Source of the DNA: Eledone cirrhosa
Taxonomy: Eukaryota
Direction of reading: 5' to 3'
Assembly: GCA_964016885.1 (NCBI GenBank)
Contig: OZ024743.1
Coordinates: 369,706,001-369,770,000, forward strand
Length of the DNA stretch: 64,000 nt
The notes beneath the pieces were generated by a model that had not been told where the DNA came from, ran no database searches, and was given only the letters and a program-made list of their open reading frames with translations. Each line of letters starts with the position of its first letter. Position 1 is the stretch's first letter. Below, piece after piece: positions 12,540 to 24,955 of this stretch. A program made the position numbers and the translations under genes.

Positions 12540-13140
12540 GGAGTTGGACTCTGTTAAGGGTGCATACTGTCACTTCTCCCGTTCATTATTTTCATGAACA
12601 GGATTGACATACACAGCGAGGTTGGAAGTGGTATCATGATTGGCAAGTGTAAAATCAGTCAGCTGTGATTTACAGATGACATGGTGTTACTTAACTCGAC
12701 AGAAGGTGATCTCCAAGTGCTGCATGGCTGGAATGAAAATCAGTGCTGCAAAAATTGAGACACTCATCCTCTCAAGGAAGCCTGTACAGTGCATTCTACA
12801 TGTGAATGGAGTTACACTGAAGTAGGTGGAGAAGTTCAAGTATCTCGAAGCAATGTTCATGAGTGATGGAAAGCAGGAGGCTGAATTAAGTGCAAGAATT
12901 GCAGGAGCTGGTGCAGTAATGTGCCAGCTTCAGCATTCAATAATCAGAATAAGTGAGGTAGGTGTAAAAGCCAAACTCGCTATCTTCAATTCGATATTTA
13001 TGCCAACCCTTACCTATGTTCATGAACCTTGGATAATGACCAAAAGAATACGATCACAAATACAAGCGACCGAAATGGGGGTTCCTCTGAAGGGTCTTTG
13101 GAGTAATGTTACTCAATAAAGTGCATAGCTCGGAGATCAG
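12540..13140 (+). mobile_element. RTE-clade LINE RT fragment
   Basis: GCILSLLPFIIFM...GMKISAAKIE...VEKFKYLEAMFMSDG...PTLTYVHEPW; homologous to 57255-58415. Confidence 0.88.
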
Positions 13141-13789
13141 GTTTGGATTTCCGTTAAATAAAAATAGCCTATATTTCCCAGAACATGTAGCAATATCTAT
13201 TTGTTTCCTAACAGTATCTGATGGCAGAATGTTTATCTGCCCCTTTATTTTCTTACAGAGAAATTCAATATTTTCCTGTGTAAATGAATGGTTTTGTTTC
13301 TGGAATGTTCCTGAATGTGAATGCATCAAACACAATATGACTAAGTTTATTAGCTGTTTACCTAACACAGTATTAAAAGATGCTTTACTCTGTCTTGAAT
13401 GTGTTACTGATGATGATAATGCTGGTTGCTGTAATCTTCCCATGAGAAATAACTTGATGCTTTAGTGAAAAACTAACAGACAATTTATTTAGTGGACCTA
13501 AACCCATATTAAAATTATATGGTACATTCTAAATCTACAGAGTTATCTTACATCTTTTATTGTTGGAGTTTTGATGTTTTATAATTATATACTAGGATCT
13601 CATATTTTTGTTATTGATTTCACTGATACATTCCATTTGTATTATATTTAGTAACTAGCATTTTAATAACTAGAAGAAAAACCACCCTCGGGTGGTTTTC
13701 TGTTTACGTGTGTTGTATGTATATTGGTATTATACGCAAATATATATGCATATATAGATATATGTAAATTGAAAAGTAAATTGACAATA

Positions 13790-14430
13790 TCTTCTTCACC
13801 CACTTATTTCTGAGAGGGTCGTGGGGGCTGAGTCCTTCTCAAACACTCCTTCCAGCGAGTCTGTCAGTAGCAAACATCTCTAACTGATCCAGCTGGATCC
13901 CAAAGCGCAGCCAGCCAAGCTCATGGATGTTATCCAAATATCTTGACCAGGGTCTACCTCTGGGTCTCTTGCCGGTTGGTTTTGCCTGTAAAATGTGTCC
14001 AGCGATTCTTTACTGAGACATTCTAACCACATGTTCATAATGTCAGAGTTGTGATCTCTCAATTCGAAGAAGTAGCGGCTCTGCCAGGAGTGACTCTCTG
14101 AGCTATGCACTTTATCGAGTAACGTTACTCCAAAGACCCTTCGGAGGAAACCCATTTCTGCCACTTTTATTTGCAATTGTATTCTTTTGGTCATTACTCA
14201 AGATTCATGATCCTCGGTAAGAGTTGGCAGGAATACCAGGAAGACAGCGAGTTTGGTTTTTACACCTACCTCGCTTCATCTGATTGCTGAATGCTGAGGC
14301 TGGCGCATTACTGCATCAACTTTTGCAATTCTTGCACTTAATTCAGCCTCCTGCATTCCATCACTCATGAACACGGCTTCAAGATACTTGAACTTCTCTA
14401 ACTGCTTCAGAAGAACTCCATTCACATGTA
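13790..14430 (-). mobile_element. RTE-clade LINE 3' fragment (same family, opposite strand)
   Basis: VNGVLLKQLEKFKYLE...QIKVAEMGFLRRVFGVTLLDKV, followed by a 3' UTR ending in (GAA)n. Confidence 0.88.
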
Positions 14431-14639
14431 TATAAATTTGAGAGACTTCTTTCCACCCGTCCATCACACAATGTGTATGTGTGTCTGTGTGTGAATGTAT
14501 GTGTGTGCAAAAGGAAGGCAGGGGATACACATATATATGTCTAACACACACGTGTCTCTAATTTAAGAACGGCGACAAACTCACGTGCACATACACACAC
14601 ACACTGTCCTATTACCATGAGCTTTGGCCCAGGCAAACA

Positions 14640-15205
14640 TCCTCTCAATTTTGGAACCGTCTGGGTTGTCCTGAATTGATGGGAAAAGACTTGACAGTGC
14701 TCCTGGTCAAGAGGCAGGTGCCTTACCTGGGACGTCACAGTTAGTGACTCTTTTGCTTCTTCCCACATTCTGGATGCAGCAGTAAGGGCGAGAGCTACAG
14801 CATCCGCAGCTGAACGGAACAAAATCCTAAAATACCATGTTCTGTCAGTTAACTTCATTATCCAGCCTGTGGCGTACGAGACGTTTGGGGAAGTTGGGCT
14901 ACTGACAGCGAGATTCACTGGTGGCTCGCCAAACAGAGGTAACTGGTGAGGGCACTTGATTGTTCCAGCACCTCAGTGTCGCTATCACCCCAGGTAACGC
15001 TGTGAGCGAGCTGGCCTGCCTCAAAAATTATTAGAGAGGTTTCCCAGTGCTCCTTGCTATATTGCTATCTTTTGCTCTGGTAGCGGCTTGTTTTTCACCA
15101 CTCTTTCGCCTGCATTTTGTTCTATGTGGTTTAAGGTGTGTGTATTATGTGCTTGTGTATTTTTTCTCTTTCTTTTTTTCCTTTCCCTTTCCTTTGTATA
15201 TATTA
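14640..15205 (+). mobile_element. CRE-like non-LTR retrotransposon 3' fragment (restriction-like endonuclease)
   Basis: Plus frame gives SWSRGRCLTWDVTVSDSFA...AAERNKILKY...IQPVAYETFG, then LFQHLSVAITPGNAVS, typical of a CRE C-terminus. Confidence 0.75.
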
Positions 15206-15650
15206 TATTGAATTGGCAGTATCAGTAGAGAGTCGGACGCCATGCTTCCCAGCATAGTTACGTCCCTTTACGGTCTGAGTTCAAATCCTGTCGTGGTTAA
15301 CTTTGCCTCTCACCCTTACGGGGTCGATAAAATAAAGTACCAGTAATACACTGGGATAATTGCTGGCCTTGTGCCAAAAGTAGAAACAATTATTAAAAGG
15401 ATGGTGGATTGGCAGTAGCGGTAGAGGGTCTGATGCCATGCTTTGCAGCAAAGAGTTACGGCCCTTTACGATCTGAGTTCAAATCCCACCGAGGTTAACT
15501 TTGCCTTTCATCCTTATGGGGTCGATAAAATAAAGTACCAGTAATACACTGGTATAATTGCTGCCAAAAGTAGAAACAATTATATTTGTTAGTGTTTTCG
15601 TTCTGTAACCATTATATTAAGTTTAGAAGAGTTTTTAAAAAAAGAGTTAA

Positions 15651-16638
15651 TCTATATATATAAAACTGTGGTTGTCTGTCTGTCTATCGATTTTTGGCAC
15701 ACATCTCCTCTTAGAATCTCTCACGGAATTGCACCGAAATTGCTATACTTGTACATTGAGCCCTAACGAAGACATCGGAAAAAAAATAATTTCAAATTGA
15801 CCCACCCTATGTGACGAAATCGAATATAATGTATCGATTTTTGAGCGTAAGTGATCAGTTATTTCCCTTTGTTCTGTTTACATTGAGCGTCTTACGTAAA
15901 AAATTACGCTGGCTTTCTCAGTCTTTGTTAATAAATAACCAGTGCAGTTTTTATCCCCAGCATCCTCTTTTGTTATAACATTCGGGTTATCGTTATGTTT
16001 TCTTAACTTCATAAGGCATATTGTTGGTTGAGGGAATATTAATCAAAAACACCACATGCAAGTCTGCACAGTAGACACTACAGTTTTTAAGCCAATAAAG
16101 AAACTTAACATTGTAACTTTAACACAGCTACTGAGCGACCCCGTTTTGCTTCATTTCCATTTAAAAGCATTTTAAAACAATATTTTTACTTGAAAACAAG
16201 TCTATTTAAAGACTACGTAAAACAAGCAAATATTTCGTCGTTAGGCGTGCAGACAGACAGTCGTGCAGAGAGGTGATATAGGCGTGCAGACAGACAGTCG
16301 TGCAGAGAGGTGATATAGGCGTGCAGACAGACATAACTGATAATTTGGTTACGCTAATGTTTTTCTCTGCATTGCAGTGTTTACATTTTCGATCTTTGTT
16401 AATAAATAACCAGTGCAGTTTCTATCCCCAGCATCCTCTTTTGTTATAACATTCGGGTTATCGTTATGTTTTCTTAACTTCATAAGGCATATTGTTGGTT
16501 GAGGGAATATTAATCAAAAACACCACATGCAAGTCTGCACAGTAGACACTACAGTTTTTAAGCCAAGAAAGAAACTTAACATTGTAACTTTAACACAGCT
16601 ACTGAGCGACCCCGAGCAACGCCGGGCTTTACTGCTAG
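15651..16638 (+). mobile_element. Non-autonomous Helitron
   Basis: 5' end a|TCTATATATATAAAACTG; 3' hairpin cccgagcaacgccggg then CTAG|t (A/T insertion site). Internal ~220-bp duplication (15923-16142 / 16393-16612) and 37-bp tandem repeats at 16243-16332. Confidence 0.85.
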
Positions 16639-17391
16639 TAAATAAATAAAACATTATACTTGTTTTACCCCCCCCCCCCCCCCCACCCCCCCCCCCATAT
16701 TTCCAATTCACTGAACGCTTCTATCATGACTGTATGTGTGAATATATGTATATTTGTGTGAAAGTATGTGTGAATGTTTGTGTAAATGTATGTGTGAATG
16801 TGTTTGTGTAAATGTATGTGTGTGAAAGTATGTGTATTTATCTGAATGTATGTCCGTGAGGGTGTATTTTTATAAGTTTGTGTTTGCGCGATTATAGTTA
16901 TATACTCATACATATAGATGTATGTATGTGCACAATCATACGGGTCAGCGTGGAGAAAATTATAATCTCTCTATCTCTCTCATCACACATTCTCTCTTTC
17001 TATATATATGGTAGTTGAAGTTGTGGTGGTGGCGACAATATAGCGGAAGTGTAGAAATGTGAATGAAACTTTGAAAAGAAGTCAATTTTAAATTATTTAT
17101 ATTTACGAAATTTAGTGCATAAATTATGTAATATTCATTCATTATTTATTCAAAGTGATCCAACTTATTTTACTAACTGGATTAAAAGAAATAAACCGTA
17201 CGCAGCTCCGCAGTCCTTACTTTATTATAGTTTAGATTAAATAATTCAACCTATTCATAATTATAATCATATTTAGAATTCATTTGATGTATTTATATTT
17301 TTTTGTAATTGTTAACTTTCTTTTTTTTTTTTCAATGCTAATTTGGTTTGTATAATTAAAGGAAAACCCCAGATATTTGTATAAATGTTTG

Positions 17392-17573
17392 TTCAATGTA
17401 TGTATTTTTTTACTTTGAAAAATAGTCTATCAAATTGGGCAGAAAAAAGTTGACTGCCACATGAACTCACATTTGCAGTATATTGGCGACACTGTCAATT
17501 TTTTTTCCATCCTGGGGCTTTTATGCCCAATTTGTTAGACTATTTTTCATAGTCAAAACATATGTGCATTGAA
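17392..17573. repeat. Imperfect inverted repeat (MITE-like)
   Basis: tgaaaaatagtctatcaaattgggca / tgcccaatttgttagactatttttca. Confidence 0.7.
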
Positions 17574-20012
17574 ACTTCTAATTTTCAATAAATACATATC
17601 TTCTCAACGTTTCTAAAAATAGGTAATTGTAGAATATGTTTTTCATACAGAGATACCATTCTTTACTTCAACCATGGTGTATAATTATGGTCTATTGCAC
17701 TATGTTTTTTGGTTTTTGTAGGTTTAACTAATAAAGTGTTTAGTTACAGGCCTTTTAACCCCTATACTTCTTAGAAATAGTCACAACAGTAATACCAATT
17801 TTATGTCATTAACATAAAATTATACATTTTTAGGGGAAGGATTAATGATGGTTGAATCAACTCTGCTTCTTGGCTATGGCAAAGATTATTTTCAGATGAA
17901 TATATTGATATGTTATAGATACTTGCTTTTTTTAAAAACCCAAACAAATGAAATATCAACCTTAATGAAAACTCTTAACAAGGAAACATCAAATTAAATT
18001 CTGTAAATCATTTGGTCGGATTGGCAGTATCGGTAGAAGGTCGGACGCCATGCTTTTCAGCAAAGAGTTACAACCCTTTATGGTCTGAGTTCAAATCCCG
18101 CTGAGGTTAACTTTGCCTTTCATCCTTATGGGGTCGATAAAATAAAGTACCATTAATGCACTGGGATAATTGCTGGCCTTGTGCCAAAAGTAGAAACAAT
18201 TATTAACAATGTCAATAAGGCCAGTAATTTGAAGGGGAGGGAGAAAGGCCAGCAATTTGAAGGGGAGGGGAAAGTCAATTAAATCGACCCCAGTGCATTA
18301 CTGGTGCTTTTATTTTATTGAACCTGTAAAGATGAAAGGCCAAACTAACCTTGGCGGGATTAGTTTGGCCCCTCACCCTTTTCTGTGTGTATTCAATACA
18401 TTTTTCGATTGAAAAATGTGTTAAAATAGCAGTATGAATTCTTATTCTATTTTCTATTTTGTGTTCCAGCCAAGGAGCTGAGGCCATGCTGGGGCACCAC
18501 CATTCACATATTAATTCCATAGTTAGGCATAAACCATGTTTATAAGAAAGGAAAGTGTTCAGTTATTTCTCAATGACTTAAGTACCATAATTGAAGTAAA
18601 TTGATTTCAATTAGAATTGATTTCCACTGGACTTTATCATTTTTATTCAAATATTTTTCTCTAGCTTTGTCAGAAAGCCTTCAATTTACCGGGGAGATTT
18701 AATTGGTCCCCTTTGAATGATAGATGAACTGATGATGTGGACAATACAATTTGATGAGCTAATGGCGGTGGTCTGTGTGGTCACAAAACCTGCTAGAAGG
18801 TCTTTACATGTGTATGTGTATACACACACACACACACACACACGCTGACGCACACATATATATCTCCTTCCAATATATAAAATTGCAATTTCTTTTCTAA
18901 TAACATCATTATTTCAATGGTAGCAAACTTCATGTTTTCATTTAATTCAGTTACTTTTATATAAATAAATAATAATAATGAATAAATAAAACATTTTTCA
19001 TATACTTTTCAATAATTAGTCTTAAAAGCCAGTCATCATTCATTTTAAGTATGTAAATATTTAATTTTTTTTAAATGTATTTTTATGACATTTGTAACTT
19101 TTTCAGATTCATTTTTTAAATTAAATGTTAACAAAATTAAGATTATGAAGAGCTAATTAAATCCAACTATAATAATGACTAGAGAGAGAGATATGTAAAT
19201 GAATAAGTAGATAGTAATAGGTAGGTGGCTGGATGTCTGGGTAGAGGATATGAAGTGAGAACTGAGGATTACCATCAAGTTGGTTGGTAGCTTTTACTGG
19301 GAAACTGGCCACTATTTTCTCTCTACTAGTTTTACATTTTACTAAGCCAGCCTATTTAAAAAATGAATTTATTTTCTTACACCCCACACTGCACTCTCTG
19401 CAGCCAAAAGAGGTGGAGTAAAGGGCCATTGGTTATCTCTATAGTGCTGAGTGGTTGGTTGGTTGGTTGGTCCACTATGAATGTGTATCTCGTAGTTAGT
19501 ATAAAAGCTAGGGAAGACTATCTCTAATTGCTGACTGTCTGCACCCCACTGATTGAGGGAATCTACACTAGCTGCCCATACATAAGAAGTGGTGTCATCT
19601 ACTCTCTCTCTCACTATATATATATATATTATGTAATATGTTCCATCTCTAGTATTTTCTTTACTGAATTCTGAAAAGTTTCTTTGATCATAAATCATTC
19701 GATTTGTGTCTTAAAAACAAAAGAAAAACTAAACATATTTAAATCAAGTCAATCTTTACTTTGTTACATTGATGAATATTTTGAGAAAAATACAGCCCCT
19801 CCCCCACCCACTCACCTGTCATCATTTTAGTGGGTAAGACAATTTCATTAACTTTTAACTTTCTATTACATTTTTCGATTTCAGTTATTTTTCTTTTTTA
19901 GTTTATATTTTATTTTCATCAGTTTACCAGATATAAAAAAAAAAAATGTTTCTTCTGTAAAAGGTGATAGTTTAACTATTTGCCTCTTATATATAAACTG
20001 GTACTAAATTAA

Positions 20013-20220
20013 CCCTTTAGCATCACATTACTCTATATATACTATTGTATTTTCATGGTAAAGGCTTTTCCTCACATAATATCTCACATAATATAGAATC
20101 TGTGAGATTTTGAAAGTATATATTTTGAGAACAATACCTTAACATCAGTTTGAGCAACCAGTTACAGCCAGTTTCAACAGAGAGAGGTAGAGAATTCTGG
20201 CCAGTTTGAACATTAAAGGG
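20013..20220. mobile_element. TTAA-flanked MITE
   Basis: TTAA|ccctttagcatc...gaacattaaaggg|TTAA. A similar element lies at ~36046-36268. Confidence 0.65.
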
Positions 20221-21411
20221 TTAATCAACCATTGAGGGATAAAAACTATAGTTAATCCTAGCAGAGTTGTTAGAAAGTCAGATAAAATCCTTTGCAGTAT
20301 TTATTCTAGTCCTCTGCACTCTGACTTCAAATTTCCCTGACATCAACTTTGCTTTTCATCCTTTCAAGGTCAATATTAAAAAAAAGTATGAGGTTGATTC
20401 TTCCTCTATGTCCTCTTTCTCATTTCTCCTCACTCTCCTTCTCTGGAAGAAATCGGCAGTGTTCAAATCTGGAGAGGTTTACCTTAGAATAACTAATGGT
20501 ATAGAAACCAAGCCAAAATGCAGATCCATATGAACAAGACATGGTCTCCAGGCCGTGACAACTTATCTGACCCATGCAAGTGTGGAAAATGGACATTAAA
20601 AACGATGATGATTGTTAAGTGTAATTCTTTGTTAGTTATTTCAGTCTTTTGTTTCAGTCATTAGACTGCAGCCATGTTGAGGTACTGCCTTGATTTAATT
20701 GATCATATCATTCTCAGGACTTATTTTTTGAAGTCTGGTACTTATTTTATTGATCTCTTTTTCTCAAAATGCTGGGTTATGGGGACAATAACAAATATAA
20801 ATACAAACACGGACACACACACTACATATACTTAATACACACACACATATGATGGGTTTGTGCAGTTTCCATCTACCAAATTTCACCCAAAAGACATTGG
20901 TCTACCCAATGCTATAGTAGAATATATTTATCCATGGTGCCACACACCATGACTGAACCGAGGATAATCACACAGCCATACTTGTGTTGAATTCATATCT
21001 TGTCAAGTTCTACTTCTCCTTTCTGTCTTGTATGGTTGATAAATTAAATACCAGTGATATACTGAGGCCTACTTAAATCAAATCTATTCCCCCTCATGTG
21101 AATGTGTGATCATGTACCAATATAAGAACTCAGTGAGTGTGATGAAGGTTCTAGTAACTTGACTGTTACTTAGTTTATCAGGAATTTACTTGGAATTTAA
21201 AGGGGCGGAGTATGACTGCTAGGCATCTCTCCCTCCTCCATCACTCGATTATCTCCACATCATCACCTCTTTTATATTTTAACAAAACAAAGCAAGACAA
21301 AAATGAACAAGCTACCATACCGTAAAATTTATGTGCCAAGGGAGATAACCTTTGACAGAAATTCTGTAAAATTTGTATGAGAGGACGTACAATAGAAGAA
21401 AAAGAAGAATG

Positions 21412-21460
<49 letters not shown>

Positions 21461-22000
21461 GATCAGCATTCTAGTTATGCTCATCTATTGCTTTATACTA
21501 TCAAATGATTAATGAGTATGAAATTGTATAAATTATCTACTGTGATGTTTCTCTTAATTCAGTTAGGTTCACCTATATTTTTATTTACTGAATATTTTAA
21601 AAGAAACAGGAAAATTGAATTTGTTTTTTTATTTCAGCTATTTTCACATATTTTAGATAACTTTATATAGCATTTCTATTTTGTCCTACGTTGTTCTACC
21701 TTTCATTATCATTTCTACTTAGGTTATGTTCTCACGAGTTCTGTGGAATATTTCAGAGTTGGTGTTACTTTGTTCTTGTTACATGCTGCTACATGTTACA
21801 AAAAGTTAAAGCTAAAGAATCTATACTATTTATTTGTGCATGTGTATGTTTACATGTGGCAACATTGCATGTTGTAACCATGCTAGAGCATGTAAATATG
21901 TTTTGTTTTTTTTTCTTACATTATTGTGATGAGAAAGGAAAGCTTTCAAATTCAACTTAAAAAATTGTATTCATTTTAAGCTTAAATTAGATTCTGAGTC

Positions 22001-22597
22001 CATGGAGAGAGAAATATTAGTATGGTTAGGTACATATCCATAGAGAGAGACATACTATAGTATGGTTAGGTACATATCCATAAAGAGAGACATACTATAG
22101 TATGGTTAGGTACATATCCATAAAGAGAGACATACTATAGTATGGTTAGGTACATATCCATAGAGAGAGACATACTATAGTATGGTTAGGTACATATCCA
22201 TAAAGAGAGACATACTATAGTATGGTTAGGTACATATCCATAAAGAGAGACATACTATAGTATGGTTAGGTACATATCCATAAAGAGAGACATACTATAG
22301 TATGGTTAGGTACATATCCATAAAGAGAGACATACTATAGTATGGTTAGGTACATATCCATAAAGAGAGACATACTATAGTATGGTTAGGTACATATCCA
22401 TAGAGAGAGACATACTATAGTATGGTTAGGTACATATCCATAGAGAGAGACATACTATAGTATGGTTAGGTACATATCCATAGAGAGAGACATACTATAG
22501 TATGGTTAGGTACGTATACATAGAGAGACACATACTATAGCGTAGTTAGATACATATATACATAAAGAAAGAAATACTATAGTATAGTTAGGTACGT
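22001..22597. repeat. 40-bp minisatellite, ~14 copies
   Basis: Unit catactatagtatggttaggtacatatccata(g/a)agagaga; degenerate copies resume at 23100-23210. Confidence 0.97.
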
Positions 22598-22611
22598 ATG
22601 TATATATATAT

Positions 22612-22782
22612 AAATACATGGAATAGATATAATATTTAATATAGAAATGGCTTCTACAGGACTAGAACTGTTTCATTCGAAGGAAATCATCAGGGGCTTT
22701 CCTGATGATTTCCTTCAAATGAAACAGTTCTAGTCCTGTAGAAGTCATTTCTATATTAAATATTATATATACTCTATGTATT
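22612..22782. repeat. ~170-bp palindrome with back-to-back CTGATGA...GAAAC cores
   Basis: ...tttcattcgaaggaaatcatcagg ggcttt cctgatgatttccttcaaatgaaa...; related single copy at 51219-51268. Confidence 0.85.
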
Positions 22783-22950
22783 GAGTACCTTACTTACTGT
22801 GGTTACCCCTGATTGAACCCAGGACGGGGACACACACACACACACATAGTTGATAACACGACCATATAAAGCAAAGATGGGTAAAAGACAGTTCAGAGTT
22901 TAATCCAATCGTTAAATTTTCAATCACTGTAGCTTTACAATATTACAGAG

Positions 22951-23096
22951 CATATAAAGGAGAATAAAATAACCAGGATTAAATTACATTAAATTATTTA
23001 CCTGATTTATGAACGTTTCTATCAAGAAGAAACGTTTGTAAATCAATTAAATAATTTACTGTAATTCAATCCTGGTTATTTTATTCTTTTATATAA
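22951..23096. repeat. Imperfect palindrome centred on aacgtttc...gaaacgtt
   Basis: agaataaaataaccaggatt / aatcctggttattttattct. Confidence 0.8.
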
Positions 23097-23489
23097 ATAA
23101 ATATGGTTAGGTGCAAAAAGTGAAATACTATAGTATGGTTACATGGTTAAACATAGAGAGAGAAATATTATAGTATGGTTAGGTAAATATACATAGAGAG
23201 AGAATATTAAAGGCATAGCATAACAATAATATCTCAATATAAGGCTTTGTGATGATGGTTACATCTTTATGGTAACTTGCTTCACAAAAAGAAGAAACTT
23301 TTGTGTAAATTTTAGTGTGAATTATTTCTCCATTATACTTTACTCATTGAAAGGTCAAGAATAAGAATTTAAAAATGAATTGAAAATAAGCTAGAGTTAT
23401 GTTATCATATAAAATGTTGGTGCTTAACTGAACATAAATATGCTTCTGTCATGGTTCTGTAGGTATGTAATAATAATAATTGGAATTGG

Positions 23490-23690
23490 AATTGATGCAA
23501 GGTTCCAGGGCATGCAGAAGCCAGCACTTTTTAGTGCAGCAAGGATTTTAAGGAAAGTCTTGTTGATGTAAGACATGGGAGAGAATGCAGTGAGAGACCT
23601 TTGTCAACTTGTTGACTGCTCCCTAACTGAAATATCCAGATCATTTAACATCTGTCTCAGATTTACAAAAATCACCCATAATAATAATAT
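23490..23690 (+). mobile_element. R4/Dong-like LINE extreme 3' fragment
   Basis: MQKPALFSAARILRKVL followed by a short UTR and (AAT)n. Confidence 0.6.
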
Positions 23691-23756
23691 AAGGAAGAGA
23701 ATTACTGTATTGTTTGACATTCAATAAATTTTCTGCAATATTTTTGTCTTTTACAG

Positions 23757-24955
23757 CATCAAGACTTGGTAGGCGTCCTAAGCGCCTGAAAGAGGCCAAC
23801 GGGGAATCCAAATCTCATACTACAAACGTTCCTATTGCTCCTTACCCATTACCACTTAGTGGGAACCACAGAAGTATGGCAGATCTGCAGAAACTAATTC
23901 AAACTAATGGCAGCTTTAAGTCTGAACTCATGCAAGCGTTCCTTGCTGCTGCCCAGGCCAGCTTTAAAGAGCATGCCAACAACTCCAATTCAAGCCATGC
24001 AAATACCAAGCCTGATCCTGCAGCAACTAACAGCATTCCCAATGGGGTAGAATCTGGTTACTCCAGTCTGAATAGTCCAGCTAGCAGCAGCAGCCAGTCA
24101 CCTGTACATCTTCAACCTCAGCCTAATAGCAACAACAACATTACTAGCAACAACACCACCACCACAGCTACAACTACTAGTAGCAGTACAACCACTGTTC
24201 CAGTTAGTGCAAATACTCCAAGTTGTACCAATAGTAACAACAATTTAAACAATAGTGGTATTAGCAACAACACTCACACTATTGCTATCACTTGTAATAG
24301 CAACATCATTCATTTAAATGGTGTTAGGACTAAGACTGAACCAGTTGAAAATAGTAGCCCCAACACAGTGCAACCGAATGTCTTGCCAGGCAATATAATT
24401 AATGGTATCAATACTTCAGCATTAGTTCCCAATGGTATCTCAAAAGCCGCTGTAACCAATGACATTTGTCATGTCCTTGCTAATGGTGGAAGTGTTATAA
24501 ATGGTATAACAGAAACTCTTCCCAATGGTCTATCTAATAATATCTGCAATGGACTACAAAATGGACTTACTGGTAGTTGCTCAGAAAGGGTAACTACCAT
24601 TAGTAATAACAAGGACATGAGCCCACCTGCCTTCATTATGCCTGAAACCCCCAACTCTACCTCATCTGCAGCCCCTACACCCCAGACTCCAACATCTTAT
24701 GAGGAATCTCAGCCAATGATAAAAGTAGAATCAAAGTTTTCACCTTGCAGTATTGCAACTCAAAAACCTATGGCCAAATTCCTAGATAAAATAATTGATG
24801 AGGGACGACAACAACCAACTGAAGCCAGGAGGAAGTTGATAGAGCAGGTAACAATAACAATTGTTGAAGCCCACAAAGTAACTTGTCGAGTTACTCATGC
24901 AGCTGTTGTGGAGGCCCATGCAAAATGGGAAGAAAACAAAACCAAAATATTAGAG
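23757..24955 (+). CDS. Nuclear receptor (NR1, E75/Rev-erb/HR3-like), internal exon A: end of C-terminal extension, long hinge, LBD helix 1
   Basis: Acceptor ttttacag|CA (phase 1) and donor GAG|gtgagt (phase 0). Open frame ASRLGRRPKRLKE resembles the NR1 T/A-box (e.g. AVRFGRVPKREK). An N/S/T-rich hinge follows, then LIEQVTITIVEAHKVTCRVT (helix 1). Confidence 0.93.

Larger units (their letters stand above)
13670..17236 (-). mobile_element. Putative older Helitron (ends only) hosting nested insertions
   Basis: Minus-strand 5' end a|TCTAAACTATAATAAAG at 17236. Minus-strand 3' hairpin gaaaaccacccgagggtggtttttc followed by CTAG|t at 13670. That the two ends belong together is inferred. Confidence 0.5.
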
